A DNA stretch of 64,000 bases from the human T2T-CHM13v2.0 reference genome, Homo sapiens. The notes under the pieces were generated by a model. That model saw only the letters and a list, made by a program, of their open reading frames with translations, did no database searches and was not told where the DNA came from. Where the stretch lies: the NCBI RefSeq assembly GCF_009914755.1, contig NC_060929.1; one strand, written 5' to 3'. Positions 16,720-33,515 of the stretch are shown in pieces. The position numbers and the translations under genes were made by a program. Within the stretch, counting starts at the first letter, position 1. Each line of letters begins with the position of its first letter.

Positions 16720-18898
16720 GTAGGTTTCTACTAGAGAGTTTAAAACATGTTATTGGGGATGAAGAAAGATGTACATATATAACTGAATGATATATTTGGG
16801 AAATTTCTACATAAGACGTGTAATTGATTAATGAATTGATGAATTGGTGATGAAGTGCAATGTAAAATTAAGTTGCTTGTTTTATACCTAGTTTACCATT
16901 TTCTTTAAAGATTGAGTGGCAGAGAGGTAATGAATATGTTTTACATGGATGGTCATTAAACAGTTGAGATTATTTTAAACACTAATCAATTTTGCCTTAT
17001 TGTATTTCAAGACTGAAAGCATAAGATTTGCTTTTTTAGTAGTTCCAGGGTTTTTTGGACACTTATTTATTTATGTGGCTTCTAGTATATTTCACTAATT
17101 TCTTGGCATTTGTACATGATTAAATAATGAGGACTAGGAAAATTAGATGTGTCCTTAGGAGACTGCATATAACCTTAATGTTAGGAATACTCATAGTATG
17201 ATAATTGAATGTTTAGCATCAGCAAGTTAAGATGACTTGATCTTAAAGTATAATGAAAGATTATTAAGGGCATTTATGTGAAACCTAAGCAGATATTTAG
17301 TAGCATTAGATACTGACACTGAGTAAAATCTTCGCCATAAGAAGTTCTAAGGATATTCTCATTTCATTTGAACTTAGTTTGTTTTAGTGATGTTGTAGGA
17401 TTTTTTATTTGAAAATTCTAAAATAAACTTTTTATACTCATTTTAGCTGTTTTATCTTAGGAAATGTAACCTTCAGTTTACTTAGGATTTTCTGATAATA
17501 ATAATTGTGTAGTAGTGTGAAAAAATTTTTTGTTTGATTTTAAGATTATCCTTTAGTTTATTTCAGGTAAAATATTCTTTTTTAAGGAAATGATGCCATT
17601 TTATAATTTCTTTCTCAAATATATTATGATATTATCATTTAGGATTAATATCAATAAAATTCTCTTAGAATTTAGCTGCCACCAAATGAGACCATTTGGA
17701 AGAAAAAGAGTAGCTAGAAATAAATGTTTTAGGTTGTCAGTAAGACAACTTAGAATCAGACAATAATTACATACTATAAAATTTATATAACAGAGTGCCT
17801 TTTTAATAATCCCAGATGTGATACTTGAAGATTGAATATAAATCAAATGATGATAAATTTTCTTGTTTAATATGTCCAGAGAGTATCTTTGCTTTTGCAA
17901 AAGGGTTACTCTCAAAATATTGCTAATACAGTATCCATTTGGTGTAGGTCTTAAATCAAAACAGTATAATATGGAGTAGAAAATCCTTCTAAGTGTTGTT
18001 TTGAAGGCACCTGGAAGGAACTATGTAAAATGAGACTAGTTGTTTTAGGGCTATGGGATTTCGGATTTTGTTTCAAAACTTTTAATATAAGGTAATTGTG
18101 AAAAAAAGCGAATTACAGATTAGTTTTTCGTTTTTGAAAAAGCTTGCACTTTAGGAAAAAGTAAACACATCACCAGAATGGTATTGACTCCTTTATTGTA
18201 ACTTTAACATTGTTGGTGTGTGTATCTTACCCTATTAAAGGAAGTTAGTCCTAAGGTGACAAAATTTCTAAGGCATTTCTATTGCATAACCCCAGAGTGA
18301 AACTAAATCTTCCTACTTTTTGGTTTCTCTGACTTACCTGCCAATCTGTCTTAATAGAAATCATTTTCAGAAGTCCTTAATTATGTGTCCCGTCACTCTC
18401 CTAGGTACTCTTCATGCTAGCTTTATTCCTTACAGTAGGCTTGCAAGGTTGGTATTAATGTCCTCATTTTACTAATGAAAGAACAGACTCTCTAAGACAT
18501 TTCGTAAGTACTATATATACAATTTTTTTAGCAACCAACTACGTAAGGAAGAGTGAGTGGAACATATTTCTTGGTGGGTGTATTGTCTGATTCCAAATTG
18601 TGGCAAAAAGTGGGAGAATACTAGATAATAGCAAATGAATGTTTAACAATTAATGCGTGCTTATTTTGTACCAGGAACTGTGCTAAGCACTTTTGAGCAG
18701 TCTCATTTAATTGTATCATGTAGAGTATGACTTCAAGGTTCTTCCCAATCTCTTTTCGGCATATGTCACCAGCTTCATACTTCAGTACACCATACTTGCA
18801 CTGCATACTTTATATGTGGTAAACTTATTTCAGGTTCTTCAGCAGTCTGTGCTCTCTGTTAATTCCAGGTATTAGAAGAAAATGTTTCCCCTGCTTAA

Positions 18899-19023
18899 TT
18901 ATGCCTAGTGTTCCATTATTGGAACGCTAAGCATGTGGGAGTTATTTATATCCTACTGCTCAAGGTCATCATCAAGGTCTGATTGCAAAAATTTAAAAAA
19001 TTCCAACCTCAGGCATGAATGGG
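18899..19023 (+). mobile_element. MER85 (PGBD3-derived piggyBac MITE)
   Basis: TTAA flanks at 18895-18898 and 19024-19027; palindrome gttccattattggaac at 18910-18925; 3' end ggcatgaatggg. Confidence 0.93.
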
Positions 19024-20517
19024 TTAAGACACTATTTTTTTTAAATCCATCTTTTACTTCTCTGCCTTATTCTGCCAACTACTTATTGTTATCAGAGACC
19101 CCATCCTTTAGTATCCCCTTTTTAACTCTCAAATTCTGAGAGTGTTCGTTTTGTCTGTGTTCTGTAGCACCCATTTGTTCCCTGTTTTAATATTTATTAC
19201 ACTGCTTTGTAATTACTTGTTAGTGAATAGACTGTAATTTTGGTTAGTACTATTTCTGCCTTGTTTATTGTTATCTGAAAGAGCCTGGCATGTATGTATT
19301 GTTTGTATGCTTTCAACTTACTGTTGAATGTGTGTATTTAATAGAATTCTATAGGAATTCGGCCTAGATCTCATGTATAATACTTTCAGGTAATAAAGGA
19401 TATATTCTTGAGTTGGAAAATGATGCTGACTTGAGTGAAATTATTCAGCAGTTATAAATAAGGTGTAATATTAAGCATCTTGAACATTTTATAAAAGCCT
19501 GTATAGACAACAGAATATAATTTATAGAAGTAAGTTCTTCAGGAACCAAGGTGGAATTACTAAAGTGTCCTAAGTGATGTATGTGATAGAAGTCCTATAT
19601 GTGAGAAAGAATGTTGTAAATAGTAGCCATAGGCATTTATTGAGCAACAAGTCTGTGTCAAATACTTTGCTCAGAACTTGAAAGGCATTATATAATTTCA
19701 TTGTCACAAAAATGCTATGAAAATAGCGATTTTGTTAAAATCCTTCCTTTCTGTAGACATGGAAATTGAGGTTTAGAGGGGTTAACCAATGTGTTTAAGT
19801 GGTTCAACCTGGATTTGAACCCTAGGCACCTGACTGCAGAGCCTGAGCTGCTGACCACTTTGGTATATTGCCTCCTTTTTATTGGATCTTTCCACTGGGA
19901 TGTTGAATGGGCCCTTGAAACTTATTTCCAAAAAGGAACTCACTATCTTTTAGAACTCTGTCTTCCTACTTCCCATATTTTAAAGAAGAATGACATTGAA
20001 TTTCCCTTTTGTACCTCTTGTATCCAATCTGTCACCTAATCCTGTGAATTTTACTTTTGGAGTATCTCTCAGGTGTACTCCTTTCTTCTGCCCCTTTCTT
20101 TTTAGCCTCACTTTCACTGCTTGTTATTTCCTATGGAATTTCAAAAGTATTCTACTTGCCCTCTTTGTTTCCATTTTGCTTCTCCCCACTCCACTCTATT
20201 TTCCATACTGCCACTGGAGTATTTTTTTATTAGAAAACCAAAGAATAATGTAATAAACACTCATATGCCCATCATTCAGTTTTGTCAAGTCTTAATGCTT
20301 TGCTATATTTGCTTCAGATCTGTATATTTTTGAGTTAAACATGAATAATCCTGTTGCTGCTCTGATTTCACTTCTCTAGCTTCTTGCCCCACTGTCCTAA
20401 ATTTAGTATTATTCTCATCCATGATTTTGTACTTTTTCTACATTTCTGTGTATATATAAACAAAACACAGCACTGTTAACTTTATATAAAAGTATTATGC
20501 AGTTTGGATCTTTAGGA

Positions 20518-20825
<308 letters not shown>

Positions 20826-22019
20826 AGAATTCATCTTTTTTTATTACCATTTTTGAGATTTATTCATAATGACACATATAGTTCTAATTATTTTAATTAT
20901 TGAGTGGTATTAGAGTGTATCACTATGCCATTATACATTGATTTTATTATTGATATGTTAGATTGTTTCCAGATTTTCAATTTTTACAAACAATACTGCA
21001 GTAAATATTCTCATGTCTGCATCCTCATGCATATGTAAGAGTTTTGTGAAGATAAATAGTAGAATTGCTGGGCTGTAAAATGTACATATCTTAAGCTTTA
21101 CTAGATATTATTAGGTTGCCTTCCTAAGTGTTATAACAGCTTATTTCCTCTCCCCCAGCCAGGGTAGGTGTCTGTTTCTATTGTCATTATATGTGCTTTT
21201 GTCAGACTTTAAGTTTTGCCAGTCTTTCAGAAAAATTTTTCCTGTGCAATTTTTCTGCTTAAATTTTTTTATTGGTTTCTCGTTACTTATAAAATGAATT
21301 CTTGCTTATGATGAAACTTTGCCTACCTTTGAAATCATTTCTTTTCATTCCACTTTATGACATGATTCATATGTGCTGCTGTCTTTTTTCCTTTGGTTTA
21401 TTCCTGTTCATTACTCAGTGACTATTGATAAGTAACCACTATGTATTAATGCCAGGGATGCAAAAGTGAATAGGATCATCCATCTCCCCTGTAAGTTTTT
21501 AGTTAAAGGGAACATGGACAAGTAAGGAAAAAAAATTATAAAATTGATTCATATATGCATTTAAACAGCATATGATGAAATGAAGACCAGACAAACTATT
21601 AAATACATACTGCTGGGATTTTTGGTTATCTGTATGTGAAAATTTGGATTAAGACTTCATATCATGCAAAAATCAATTTCTAGTAGAAGACAGACTCTAA
21701 ATATGAAAAGCAGAATACTATGATTTAGGGATAGGGAAGAATTTTTTAAGACATAAAAAAGCTAAGCTCTAAACTCAGAAGTTGGTAACTTCTACCTATA
21801 TTAAAAGTAAAAACTCCTGTGAATCAGAAAACACAATAGACAAAGTAATAAAGAAAAGCTGTAGGAATACATTCATAATACATGTAACTTATAGAGAATC
21901 AACATTCGGTTATATAATTTCTGTGAATAAATAAGAGAAAAGCTACCTACTAGTAAAATGGCCAAAATACATGAATAAACACTTCACAGAAGAAGAAATC
22001 ACAATGGCCAGTAAACATG

Positions 22020-24090
<2,071 letters not shown>

Positions 24091-24229
24091 GCATTTTTTC
24101 TGCAGCTCTGTTTGTTTTTTATTCTTTTTCTCTCTGTCCTTTGAATAGTACTAGGGTCTTAATATAGATGTAAAAGCTAAAAAACAAAAAAACAAACAAA
24201 CAGAAACACCAAAATGGATTCCAGCATCT

Positions 24230-27200
24230 TATAAGTGCTTTCTCTTATGATCGAGAGTAAGACAAGCATGGCTACTCCCTTCTCTTCTATTAAATATTGT
24301 ACTAGGGGTTCTATTGAGATAAATAGGCAAAAAACAAAACAAAACAAAACAAAAAGGCATCCAGATTTAAAAAAAAAAGGAATCTAGGAATAAAGGGATT
24401 ACATCTCTACTTGCAGATGACATGATCTTATGTATAGGAAATCCTAAGGATCCACTGAAAAACTGTTAGAACTAATAACATCAGTAAGTTTGCAGGATTA
24501 TAAGATTAATACAAAAACTCGACTGAATTTCTGTGCACTTGCAATAAACAACCCAAAAACAAAAGGAACAAAACATTCCATTATAATAGAATCAGAAAGA
24601 ATTAAATAGGAATAAATTTAACAAAAGTGTAAAACTTATAATCTGAAAATCATAAAACATTGTTGAAACAAATTAAAGGGGATGTAATAACTGGAAAGAT
24701 ATCTTATGGTCATGGATTACAAGACTTAATATTGTTAAGATAGCAGTGCTCTTCAAATTGATCTACAGGTTTAACACAATCTCTACCAAAATCTTAGCTG
24801 TTGTCTTTGCAGGAATTGACAAGCTTATCCTTAAATTTGTGTGAAATTAAAAGAACGCAGAATAGCCAAAACAATCTTGGCCAAGAACAAAGTTGGAATA
24901 CTCACACTTTCTAATTTCAAAACTTGCTACAAAGCAGCAATAAGTTGTTACTTACAATAATATTAAGTTATAGTAATTATAGTAAGACAGTGTGGTAAGC
25001 ATATACATATAAACGAATGAAATAGAATGGAGAGTCCAGGTAAAAACCTTCACATTTGTAGTCAGGTGATTTTTTGACAAGGGCATCAACATAACTCAGT
25101 AGTGGAAGAATAGTTTTCAACAAATGATGCTGGTACAACTGGATATTCACATTCAAAAGAATGAAGTTAGTCCTCTCTCTCACACCATATGCAAAAGTTA
25201 ACTCAAAATGAATCAGATCTAAATGTGAGAAAAATATAAAATGCTTAAAACATAGAAGTAAGTCTTTATGACTTTGGACAATGGTTTCTTAGCTATGACA
25301 TCAAAAGCTCAAGCAGCTAAAGAAAAAGATACATTGGACTTCATCATTTAAAAACTTTTGTACTTCAGAGGACATCATCAAGAAATTGAAAGCGCAACCT
25401 ACAAAAATGGGAGAAGATATTTGCATATCATATATTTCATAAAGGTCTCGCATCTAGAATCTATAAAGAATTCTTATAACTCAATAATAAAAAGATAAAT
25501 AACCCAGTTTTTTAAATGGGCAAAAGATCTAAACAGACATTTCTCCAAAGAAAATCTATGAATGGCCAACAAGGACATGGAAAGATCTTCAGCATCATTA
25601 TTTATGGTAGAAATTCATGTCAGTGCCAGAAATAGATACCACTTTACACTCACTAGGATGAATATGATTAAAAAAAAAAGATAATAACAATTGTGAGTGA
25701 GAATGTGGAGAAATAGGAATCTTCATACACTGTTGCAAGGAACGTAAAATATTGCAACCAATTTGAAAAACAGTCTGGCAGTTCTTCAAAAGGTTAAACA
25801 TAGAGTTACCATGATTCAGTATTTCTACTCTTATGTATATATCCAAGAAAATGGAAACTACACTCTACATAAACATTTGCACACATGTTCACAGAAGCAT
25901 TATTTCCAATAGCCACAAAGTGGAAAAAAATTTGCATGTCTATTAGCTGATGAATGGATAGATAAAATTTGGTATTTCCCCAAGTGGAATGTTATTCAGC
26001 CATAAAAAGGAATGAAGTACTGATAGATGCCGTAACAAGTATGATAATTGAAAACATTACGCTAAGTCAAATAAGCCAGCCACAAAAAAACAAATACCAC
26101 ATGATTCCAGTGGTTTGAAATGTCTGGAATAGGCAAATCTATAGAAATAGAAAGTAGATTATTGGGTGCCTAGGGCTGGGGTTATTGGAGATTGGGTAGT
26201 CATGGACAAAAGGTATGAAATACCTTTGTGGTGTTGAAATATTCTGAAATTGATTGTGGTGATGGCTGCACATATCCATAGAAAAAAACACTGAATTGTG
26301 CACGTTAAGTGTGTGAATTATATAGTAGGTGAATATGTCAACTTGTTACCAAAAAACAGACCAAAAAACTCACTTTTAAAATGGGCAGAAGATTTCAACA
26401 AGCACTGAAAAAAGGTATCTAAATGGCCAATATGCATATAAAAAGGTGTTCAGTATTATTAGTCATCATCAGAGAAATACTAATTAATACCTAAGTGAAA
26501 TATCACTGCTCATCTGACAAAATGGCTAAAAATTTTAAAAACTGATCAAACCTTGATGATGGAGTGGAACACATGATAACATTTGTTGCTGGTGGCAGTG
26601 TAAATTAATAAAATCATTTTGGAAAACTATTTGGCGATGTACTAAAACTGGATATAGTCTACCTTATGACTCATCAGCTCTACTCTTATTTACCCAGAAG
26701 AAATGAATTTATATGTTTGCCAAATGCAGTGTACAAGAATATTTATAGCAACTTTATTTATAATATCCAAGAACTGGGAACAACCCAAGTGTCTGTCAGC
26801 AGTCAAATGGATAAATAAATTAATGTATACTCATACACTGTAATACTATACAACGATTTAAAAAAAGAAAAACTACATGCAAAAATTTGGATGAATTTAT
26901 GATGATTTTACAATAATCACTTCAGCTATGATGAAGAATGAAAAAGATCAAAAGTGTACATATTTTATTATTCCACTTACCAATTTCTATAACAGTCAAA
27001 ACTAATTTATGGTGATGGAAGTCAGAATGGTGGTTACCTTTGGGTAGGGAGAATATTTTGACTGGGAAAGTGAACTAAGGGAGCCTTCTGGGGACCTTGA
27101 AATGTTTTATTTTGATGGGGCTTAAATGAGTGTATACATATATAAAGACACTGAGCTCATATTATGATTTGTGCACTTCATATTTTGCCTCAATTAATTT

Positions 27201-27670
27201 TTTTTACAAAAGATTCATGGAAGCCTGGTGTGTAATTGTGTAAAAAAGTGGAAACTTGCCTATCAGTAGAAGAATGGATGAATTACGGTATTGTTACACA
27301 GTGGGATTATGTATAACAGTGAAAATGAATGATCTAAAACTACGTTTATTTTTGGGTAACTCTATAAAACCATCCACAATATGGTATGAAAAAAAGTCAT
27401 ACAAGGACACAAATGACATTCCTATGTCAAATATGTTAAGAAAATTGTATGCTCATGAATTCTACCTATGGTAAAAATAATATGTGCATGGGATTAGTAA
27501 ACACTAAATTCAGGATAATGGTTATCTCTGGTTGAGAAGAGGAATGGATTAGAGCAAAAGGCATAGTTCAACCATATCTGTAATATTTTCTTAGTCTGCA
27601 TGGTGGGTGTGCATGGGTGTTTATTAAATTTTATGCCTTTCTCTATATTTGAAATATTTAATTTGCAAAA
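24230..27670 (+). mobile_element. Old L1M (L1MB/L1ME-type) ORF2 and stacked 3' ends
   Basis: Degenerate ORF2 (ttgcagatgacatgatc; aacagacatttctccaaag) and L1M 3'UTR motifs. Confidence 0.75.
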
Positions 27671-27801
27671 GAAATAATTATAAGAACTCTAGTTAAATAT
27701 AGCAAATTAAAATTTCACATTTACCCTCCTGTCCCCTTGCAACTGTATCATAATGAGAGTAGAGGAATAAAAAATACATTTGCAAGGAAGAAATTAGAGA
27801 A

Positions 27802-30076
27802 TGATATGGTCTGGCTGTGTCCCCACCCAAATCTCACCTTGATTTCCCATGTGTTGTGGGAGGGACCCAGTGAGAGGTAATTGAATCATGGGACAGGTCT
27901 TTCCTATGCTGTTCTCATGGTAGTGACTAAATCTCACAAAATCTGATGGTTACTATAAAGGGGAGTTGTCCTGCATAAGCTATCTTAATTTGCCTGCTGC
28001 CATCCATGTAAGATGTGACTTGCTGCTCCTTGCCTTCTGCCATGATTGTGAGGCCTCCCCAACCATATGGAACTGTAAGTCCAGTAAACATCTTTCTTTT
28101 GTAAATTGCCCAGTTTCAGGTATGTCTTTATCAGCAGCATGAAAATGGACTAATAAAGTAAATTGGTACTGGGAGTGGGACATTGCTGAAAAGATACCAG
28201 AAAATGTGGAAGCAACTTTGGAACTGGGTAACAGGCAGAGGTTGGAACAGTTTGGAGAGCTCAGAAGAAGACAGGAAAATGTGGGAAAGTTTGGATCTTC
28301 CAAGAGACTTATTGATTGGCTTTGACCAAAATGCTGATAATTATATGGACAGTGAAATCCAGGCTGATGTGATCTCAGATGGAGATGAGGAACTGGAGCA
28401 AAGGTGACTCTTACTATGTTTTAACAACAAAACTGGCGGAATTTTGACCCTACCCTAGAGATCTGTGGAACTTTGAACTTGAGGGAGATAATTTAGGGTA
28501 TCTGGTGGAAGACATTTCTAAGCAGCAAAGCATTCAAGAGGTGACTTGGGTGCTGTTAAAGGCATTCAGTTTTAAAAGGGAAACAGCATAAAAGTTTGGA
28601 AAATTTGTAGCCTGACAATGTGATAGAAAAGAAAATCTCATTTTCTGAGGAGAAATGCAAGCTGGCTGCAGAAATTTGTATAAGTAATGAGAAGCTGAAT
28701 ATTAATCCCCAAGACAATGGAGAAAATGTCCCCAGGGCATGTCAGAGACCTTTGTGGGAGCCCCTCCCATCACAGGCTCAGAGGCCTAGGAAGAAAAAAT
28801 GGTTTCATGAGCTGGGCCCAGGGTCCCCATGCTGTGTGCAGCCTAGGAACTTGGTGCCCTGTGTCGCAGCTGCTCCAGCTGTGGCTGAAAGGGGCCAATG
28901 TAGAGCTCAGGCCACGGCTTCAGAGGGTGCAAGCCCCAAGCCTTGGCACCTTCCATGTGGTGTTGAGCCTGCAAATGCACAGAAGTCAAGAATTATAGTT
29001 GGGAACCTCCACCCAGATTTCAGAGGATGTATAGAAATGCTTGGATGTCCAGGCAGAAGTTTGCTACAGGAGCGGGGCCCTCATGGAGAACCTCTGCTAA
29101 GGCAGTGCGGAAGGGAAATGTGGGGTTGGAGCCCCCACACAGAGTCCCTACTGGGGCATCGTCTAGTGGAGCTGTGAGAAGAGGGCCACTGTTCTCCAGA
29201 CCCCAGAATGGTAGATCCACTGACAGCTTGCACTGTTCACCTGGAAAAGCCATCGCCAGCCTGTGAAAGCAGTAGAGGGGAGTCTACCCTGCAGAGCCAC
29301 AGGAGCGGAGCTACCCAAGACCATGGGAACCCACCTCTTGTATCATCATGACCTGGATGTGAGACATGGAGGCAAAGGAGATCATTTTGGAGCTTTAAGA
29401 TTTGACTGCCCTGCTGGATTTCAAACTTGCATGGGGCATGTATCCCCCTTTGTTTTGGCCAATGTCTCCCATTTGGAATGGCTGTATTTATCCAATGCCT
29501 ATACCCCCATTTTGTGTAGGAAATAACTAACTTGCTTTTGATTTTACAGGCTCATAGGCAGAAGGAACTTGCCTTATCTCAGATGAGACTATGGACTGTG
29601 GACTTTGAGTTAATGCTGAAATGAGTTAAGACTTTGAGGGACTGTTGGGAAGGCATGATTGGTTTTGAAATATAAGGACATGAGATTTGGAAGGGGCCAG
29701 GAGTGGAATGATAGGGTTTGGCTGTGTCCCCACCCAAATCTCATCTTGAATTCTCGTGTGTTGTGGGAGGGATCTGGTGGGAGGTAATTGAATTCTCACG
29801 TGTTGTGGGAGGGAAGCAGGTCTTTCCCCTGCTGTTCTTGTGATAGGAAGTCTCATGAGATCTGATGGTTATTAAAAGGGGGAGTTTTCCTGCACAGGCT
29901 CTCATTTTTTTTTTTGCCTGCCACTATCCATGTAAGACGTGACTTGCTGCTCCTTGCCTTGTGCCAGGATTGTGAAGCCTCCCCAGACATGTGAAACTGT
30001 AAGTCCGTAAACCTCTTTCATAAATTACCCAGTCTCAGGTATGTCTTTATCAGCAACATGAAAACGGACTAATACA
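27802..30076 (+). mobile_element. Full-length THE1B MaLR: LTR 27802-28157, internal 28158-29708, LTR 29709-30076
   Basis: Two direct LTRs tgata.ggt.tggctgtgtccccacccaaatctca...ggactaata(c/a)a flanking about 1.55 kb of THE1-int (gtaaattggtac...ggggccaggagtggaa). Confidence 0.93.
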
Positions 30077-30099
30077 GTATGTTAGGAGACTTGAAACTA

Positions 30100-32070
30100 G
30101 CAACCAGATGTATAAGCGGTATCTGTCTTAATGTACCTGAGAGATTCTAACCTTAAATTCCTGCAGTGAAGAAAGCTAGTAGTTAGGTGATTTGCACTAA
30201 GAACCCTGGAAAAGCCCAGAACTTGGAGACTCTAGATACCTTTGAATGCTGCAGTTCGGGGTGTGGCTAAAAATAGGATAACTGATTTAATTAGGATTAA
30301 TTATATTCCCAGAACGCTTACCTGTCCCAGCACAACTGGAGATTGTCTCTCCGAAATTCTTGCAAGAGATAGGAAGTTTTTTATGGAAGTTTGAACAGGA
30401 GGTTCTAGGGGATAAGAATAAGACACTGGACTGAAAAATATTCCTAGACACTTTACAACTCTTAGTTGTCATGAACTGTTAGCCAGGGTTAAAACCCCAA
30501 AGCAGGAAATTAGTGAAATGCTTTTGTGATGAAGAAGCTTATTCAAGAGAGAGACCTACAGATATAGATATAGATATATAGGATCCTCAATTTTAAAATC
30601 AGCCTGCTTATGACCCTACAGTGAGGTTTACTGGATGAGAAGCCCTGTTGTGAACATAAAGCTCCTATTCTTTTTTGAGTAACTCATTCTGATAATACAA
30701 TTGACAATAGCTAGCCTCTTGAAGAAAACCTCATATGAAAACCAAAGAGAAAAACAGAAAATAGGAAATTGGAGGAAAACAGAATTAATATTAAAACCAT
30801 TAAAAGGATTTTGTTAAAAGATGATTCAGAGAAGAGCTCTTTGGAATTAAGACATGATAGAAGAAATTAAAACTTAGTAGGTTTGGAAGATAAAGTAGCC
30901 AATATCACCTAGAATGCAGAACAGAAAGTTAAAATAAAACTGGATAATAGGAGAGAAAATAGAGAATCCAGGAGGTCCAACATTGGATTAATGGGAGTTC
31001 CAGTAAGAGAAAAAGAAAGAATACTAGAAATTCTCCTGTAGTGAAAGATAACAGGTTCCATACTGAAAAGGACTATGCAGAGTTCCAGCAAAGTGAGTGA
31101 AAGAAGATCCATATTAAGGTATAGTATTGGAAATTCACAGCATCAGGATTGGAAAAAGAGGAGATCCTTAAAGCTTCCAGAGAGAAGAGGGGTTACATTC
31201 AAAGGACTAAGAATGAAAATTACATTGGTCTTCTCAATTGCAATACTAAAATAGAAGACAGTGAAACATTGTCTTGCCAATTTTGAGAAAGAAAATGAAT
31301 TTCAACTTAAAATTGTATATCCAGTAAAACTTAAGTATGAAAATAGAATAAAGACCTTTTCACTCAGACAAAGCCTCAACTTTACTTCTCTTATATCTTT
31401 TACCAGGAAGTTGCTGGAGACTGTATACTACTCAATTAAAAAAGTAAACCAAGAAAAGAGGAAGAAGGGAGAGATGGGATCTGAGAATCAGAGGATCAAA
31501 CACAGGAGAGAGGCTAAGGGAAGCTCTCGGATAACAGCTGTGCCTCAGGCCTTGAGAGCAACCAGTTCAAACTGGAGCAGATGGAAGGTCATAGGTGTTT
31601 TGTTTTGTTATTTTTCTTTAAAGAACTGATAGATTACTTGCTGTCTTGGACCAGGTTGAGAGGAATTGAGTTTTACAGATCTGGAATAGTGTTTGAGGGT
31701 CAACTAGTAATAAATAGAATCACATAAAACTTAGGTAAATGAAAAGGAAGTCAAACTAAACATTTGTGCACAAAAGGGAATTGAATCATAGTACCATGGA
31801 ACTTAGTTATGAATGATGAATACAGTATCATAAATATGTTAGGGAGTCAAAAGATAATGTGAAAAATTCTTATATCAGGAAATAGCTCTGTCTGCCTGTT
31901 TATTTAGAAGAATGAATGAAAATAGTAAAAGAAATAGCCGAAAGAGTTGAAAATGGGTTGACTTGAGTATTGGAATCAGATATGGAGAGGAGTATGTCAG
32001 AGGATGGCAGTTTTTTATTACTGTTTTACTTTTTAAATCATGTATGTGTATAATTTTAGTAGAAATACAA
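30100..32070 (+). mobile_element. HAL1/old L1 ORF1-like remnant
   Basis: Degenerate ORF1-like sequence (ccaacattggattaatgggagttccag; atccttaaagcttccagagag) followed by aaagtaaaccaagaaa...agcaaccagttcaaactggagcag. Confidence 0.6.
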
Positions 32071-32686
32071 ATTTGGACAATTACAACATAGTTTTATGCA
32101 TGAAAAAATAATGGTAAGCGTTTGGTGCCCTGAAAACACAGGGGACAGTGTATTTAACCCAGATTTTGGGAATCAGAAAGGCTTCTGGGAGAGAAGATTC
32201 CTGAATGAAATCCAGAAGAATTAGTTGAAGCTGCTGAAGAGGAAGGAAAATGGGATGCTTGTTCTAGGAGGTAGAAGCAGAATGTGCAAAGCCTTAAAGC
32301 TCTACATTGGAAGAAATCCAGATAGGTTAGTATAGCTAAGGCTTGTGGTATTCCCAGTGAGCATTACAGAGCCTAACATTAGATTTTCAGCAAATACTGA
32401 ATAAATAAATAAATAACTGATGTAAGGGAAGGAGTTTTTTAAGAGTAGGAAGTCTGGGAAAGCAGACACATAGCAGTCACATGCAGCCTACCTTGTGTCT
32501 AGAGCACCAGAATTCTAGTCAAGAAGGTACAGCAAATTCAGGTCTCTACAGACTGACCAGTTTGTCATCCGGGTGTATGGTTTCTTTCTGAGGTACATAG
32601 ATAACCCACCCAGGAGTTTAGTAACATATAATTAAAGTACTCCAGAATGTTCATGGAATAAAATATTCTAACCAAAAGTGTGTTTA

Positions 32687-32989
32687 GGCCAGGCACAGTG
32701 GCTCACCCCTGTAATCCTAGTGCTTTGGGAGATAAGGCGGGAGGATCACTTAAGGCCAGAAGTTTGAGACCAGCCTGTGCAATATAGCGAGACCCTGTCT
32801 CTACAAAAAATTCTAAAAATTAGCTGGGCATGGTGACACACGGCTGTAGTCCCAGATACTCATGAGGGTGAAATGGAAGATCACTTGAGTCCAGGAGTTT
32901 CAGGCTGCAGTGAGCTGTGATCACACCAGTGCATTCCAGCTTGGATGAGGCAGCAAGACCCTGTCTCAAAAAACAAAAACAAAAAAAAA
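32687..32989 (+). mobile_element. AluJ
   Basis: ggaggatcactt, cttgagtccaggagtt; aaaagtgt repeated at both flanks. Confidence 0.88.
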
Positions 32990-33305
32990 GTGTAGCTAAT
33001 AGTTAAATACATATGTAAATGATCACCTATTTATTAGGGTATAATTTAAAACGTTAAAACTCTTAGAATATTTCTTAGACTGTATCAGAATTTTACAGTA
33101 TTTCCTGTTTATTTTTGTATCCATTAGTTGTTACCTGGTGTGTCACCATTTACTCTAATTATAAATTATCTTAGTTTATTGATAACAATTTTAAGTATTA
33201 TTTTTTATATTAAATGTCTATTAGAAAAGGTCCATTTTAATTTTTAATCCAATTAAAATGTGATTTTTAAGTTTTAAAAATGGATAAGGAAGAGTCCTTT
33301 TAAAA

Positions 33306-33515
33306 TACAGACACACACACAAAGACACACACATATACACAGACACACAGACACATACACATATACACACACAGACACACAGGCACACACAGACACACAC
33401 AGACACATATACACACACAGGCACACACACACGCAGAACCACACATATACACACAAACACATACATACACAAACACAGACACACACAAATGCACACACAG
33501 ACACACACACACACA
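33306..33515. repeat. Imperfect CA-rich compound microsatellite (CACA/CAGA/CATA)
   Basis: Read directly. Confidence 0.93.

Noticed and set aside
18899-19023. Possible snoRNA or miRNA hairpin (also 7297-7424)
   Set aside because: TTAA flanks and termini identify MER85; the hairpin is its internal palindrome.
27980-29856. Cluster of overlapping ORFs
   Set aside because: All lie within THE1B LTR/internal sequence and are fragmented.
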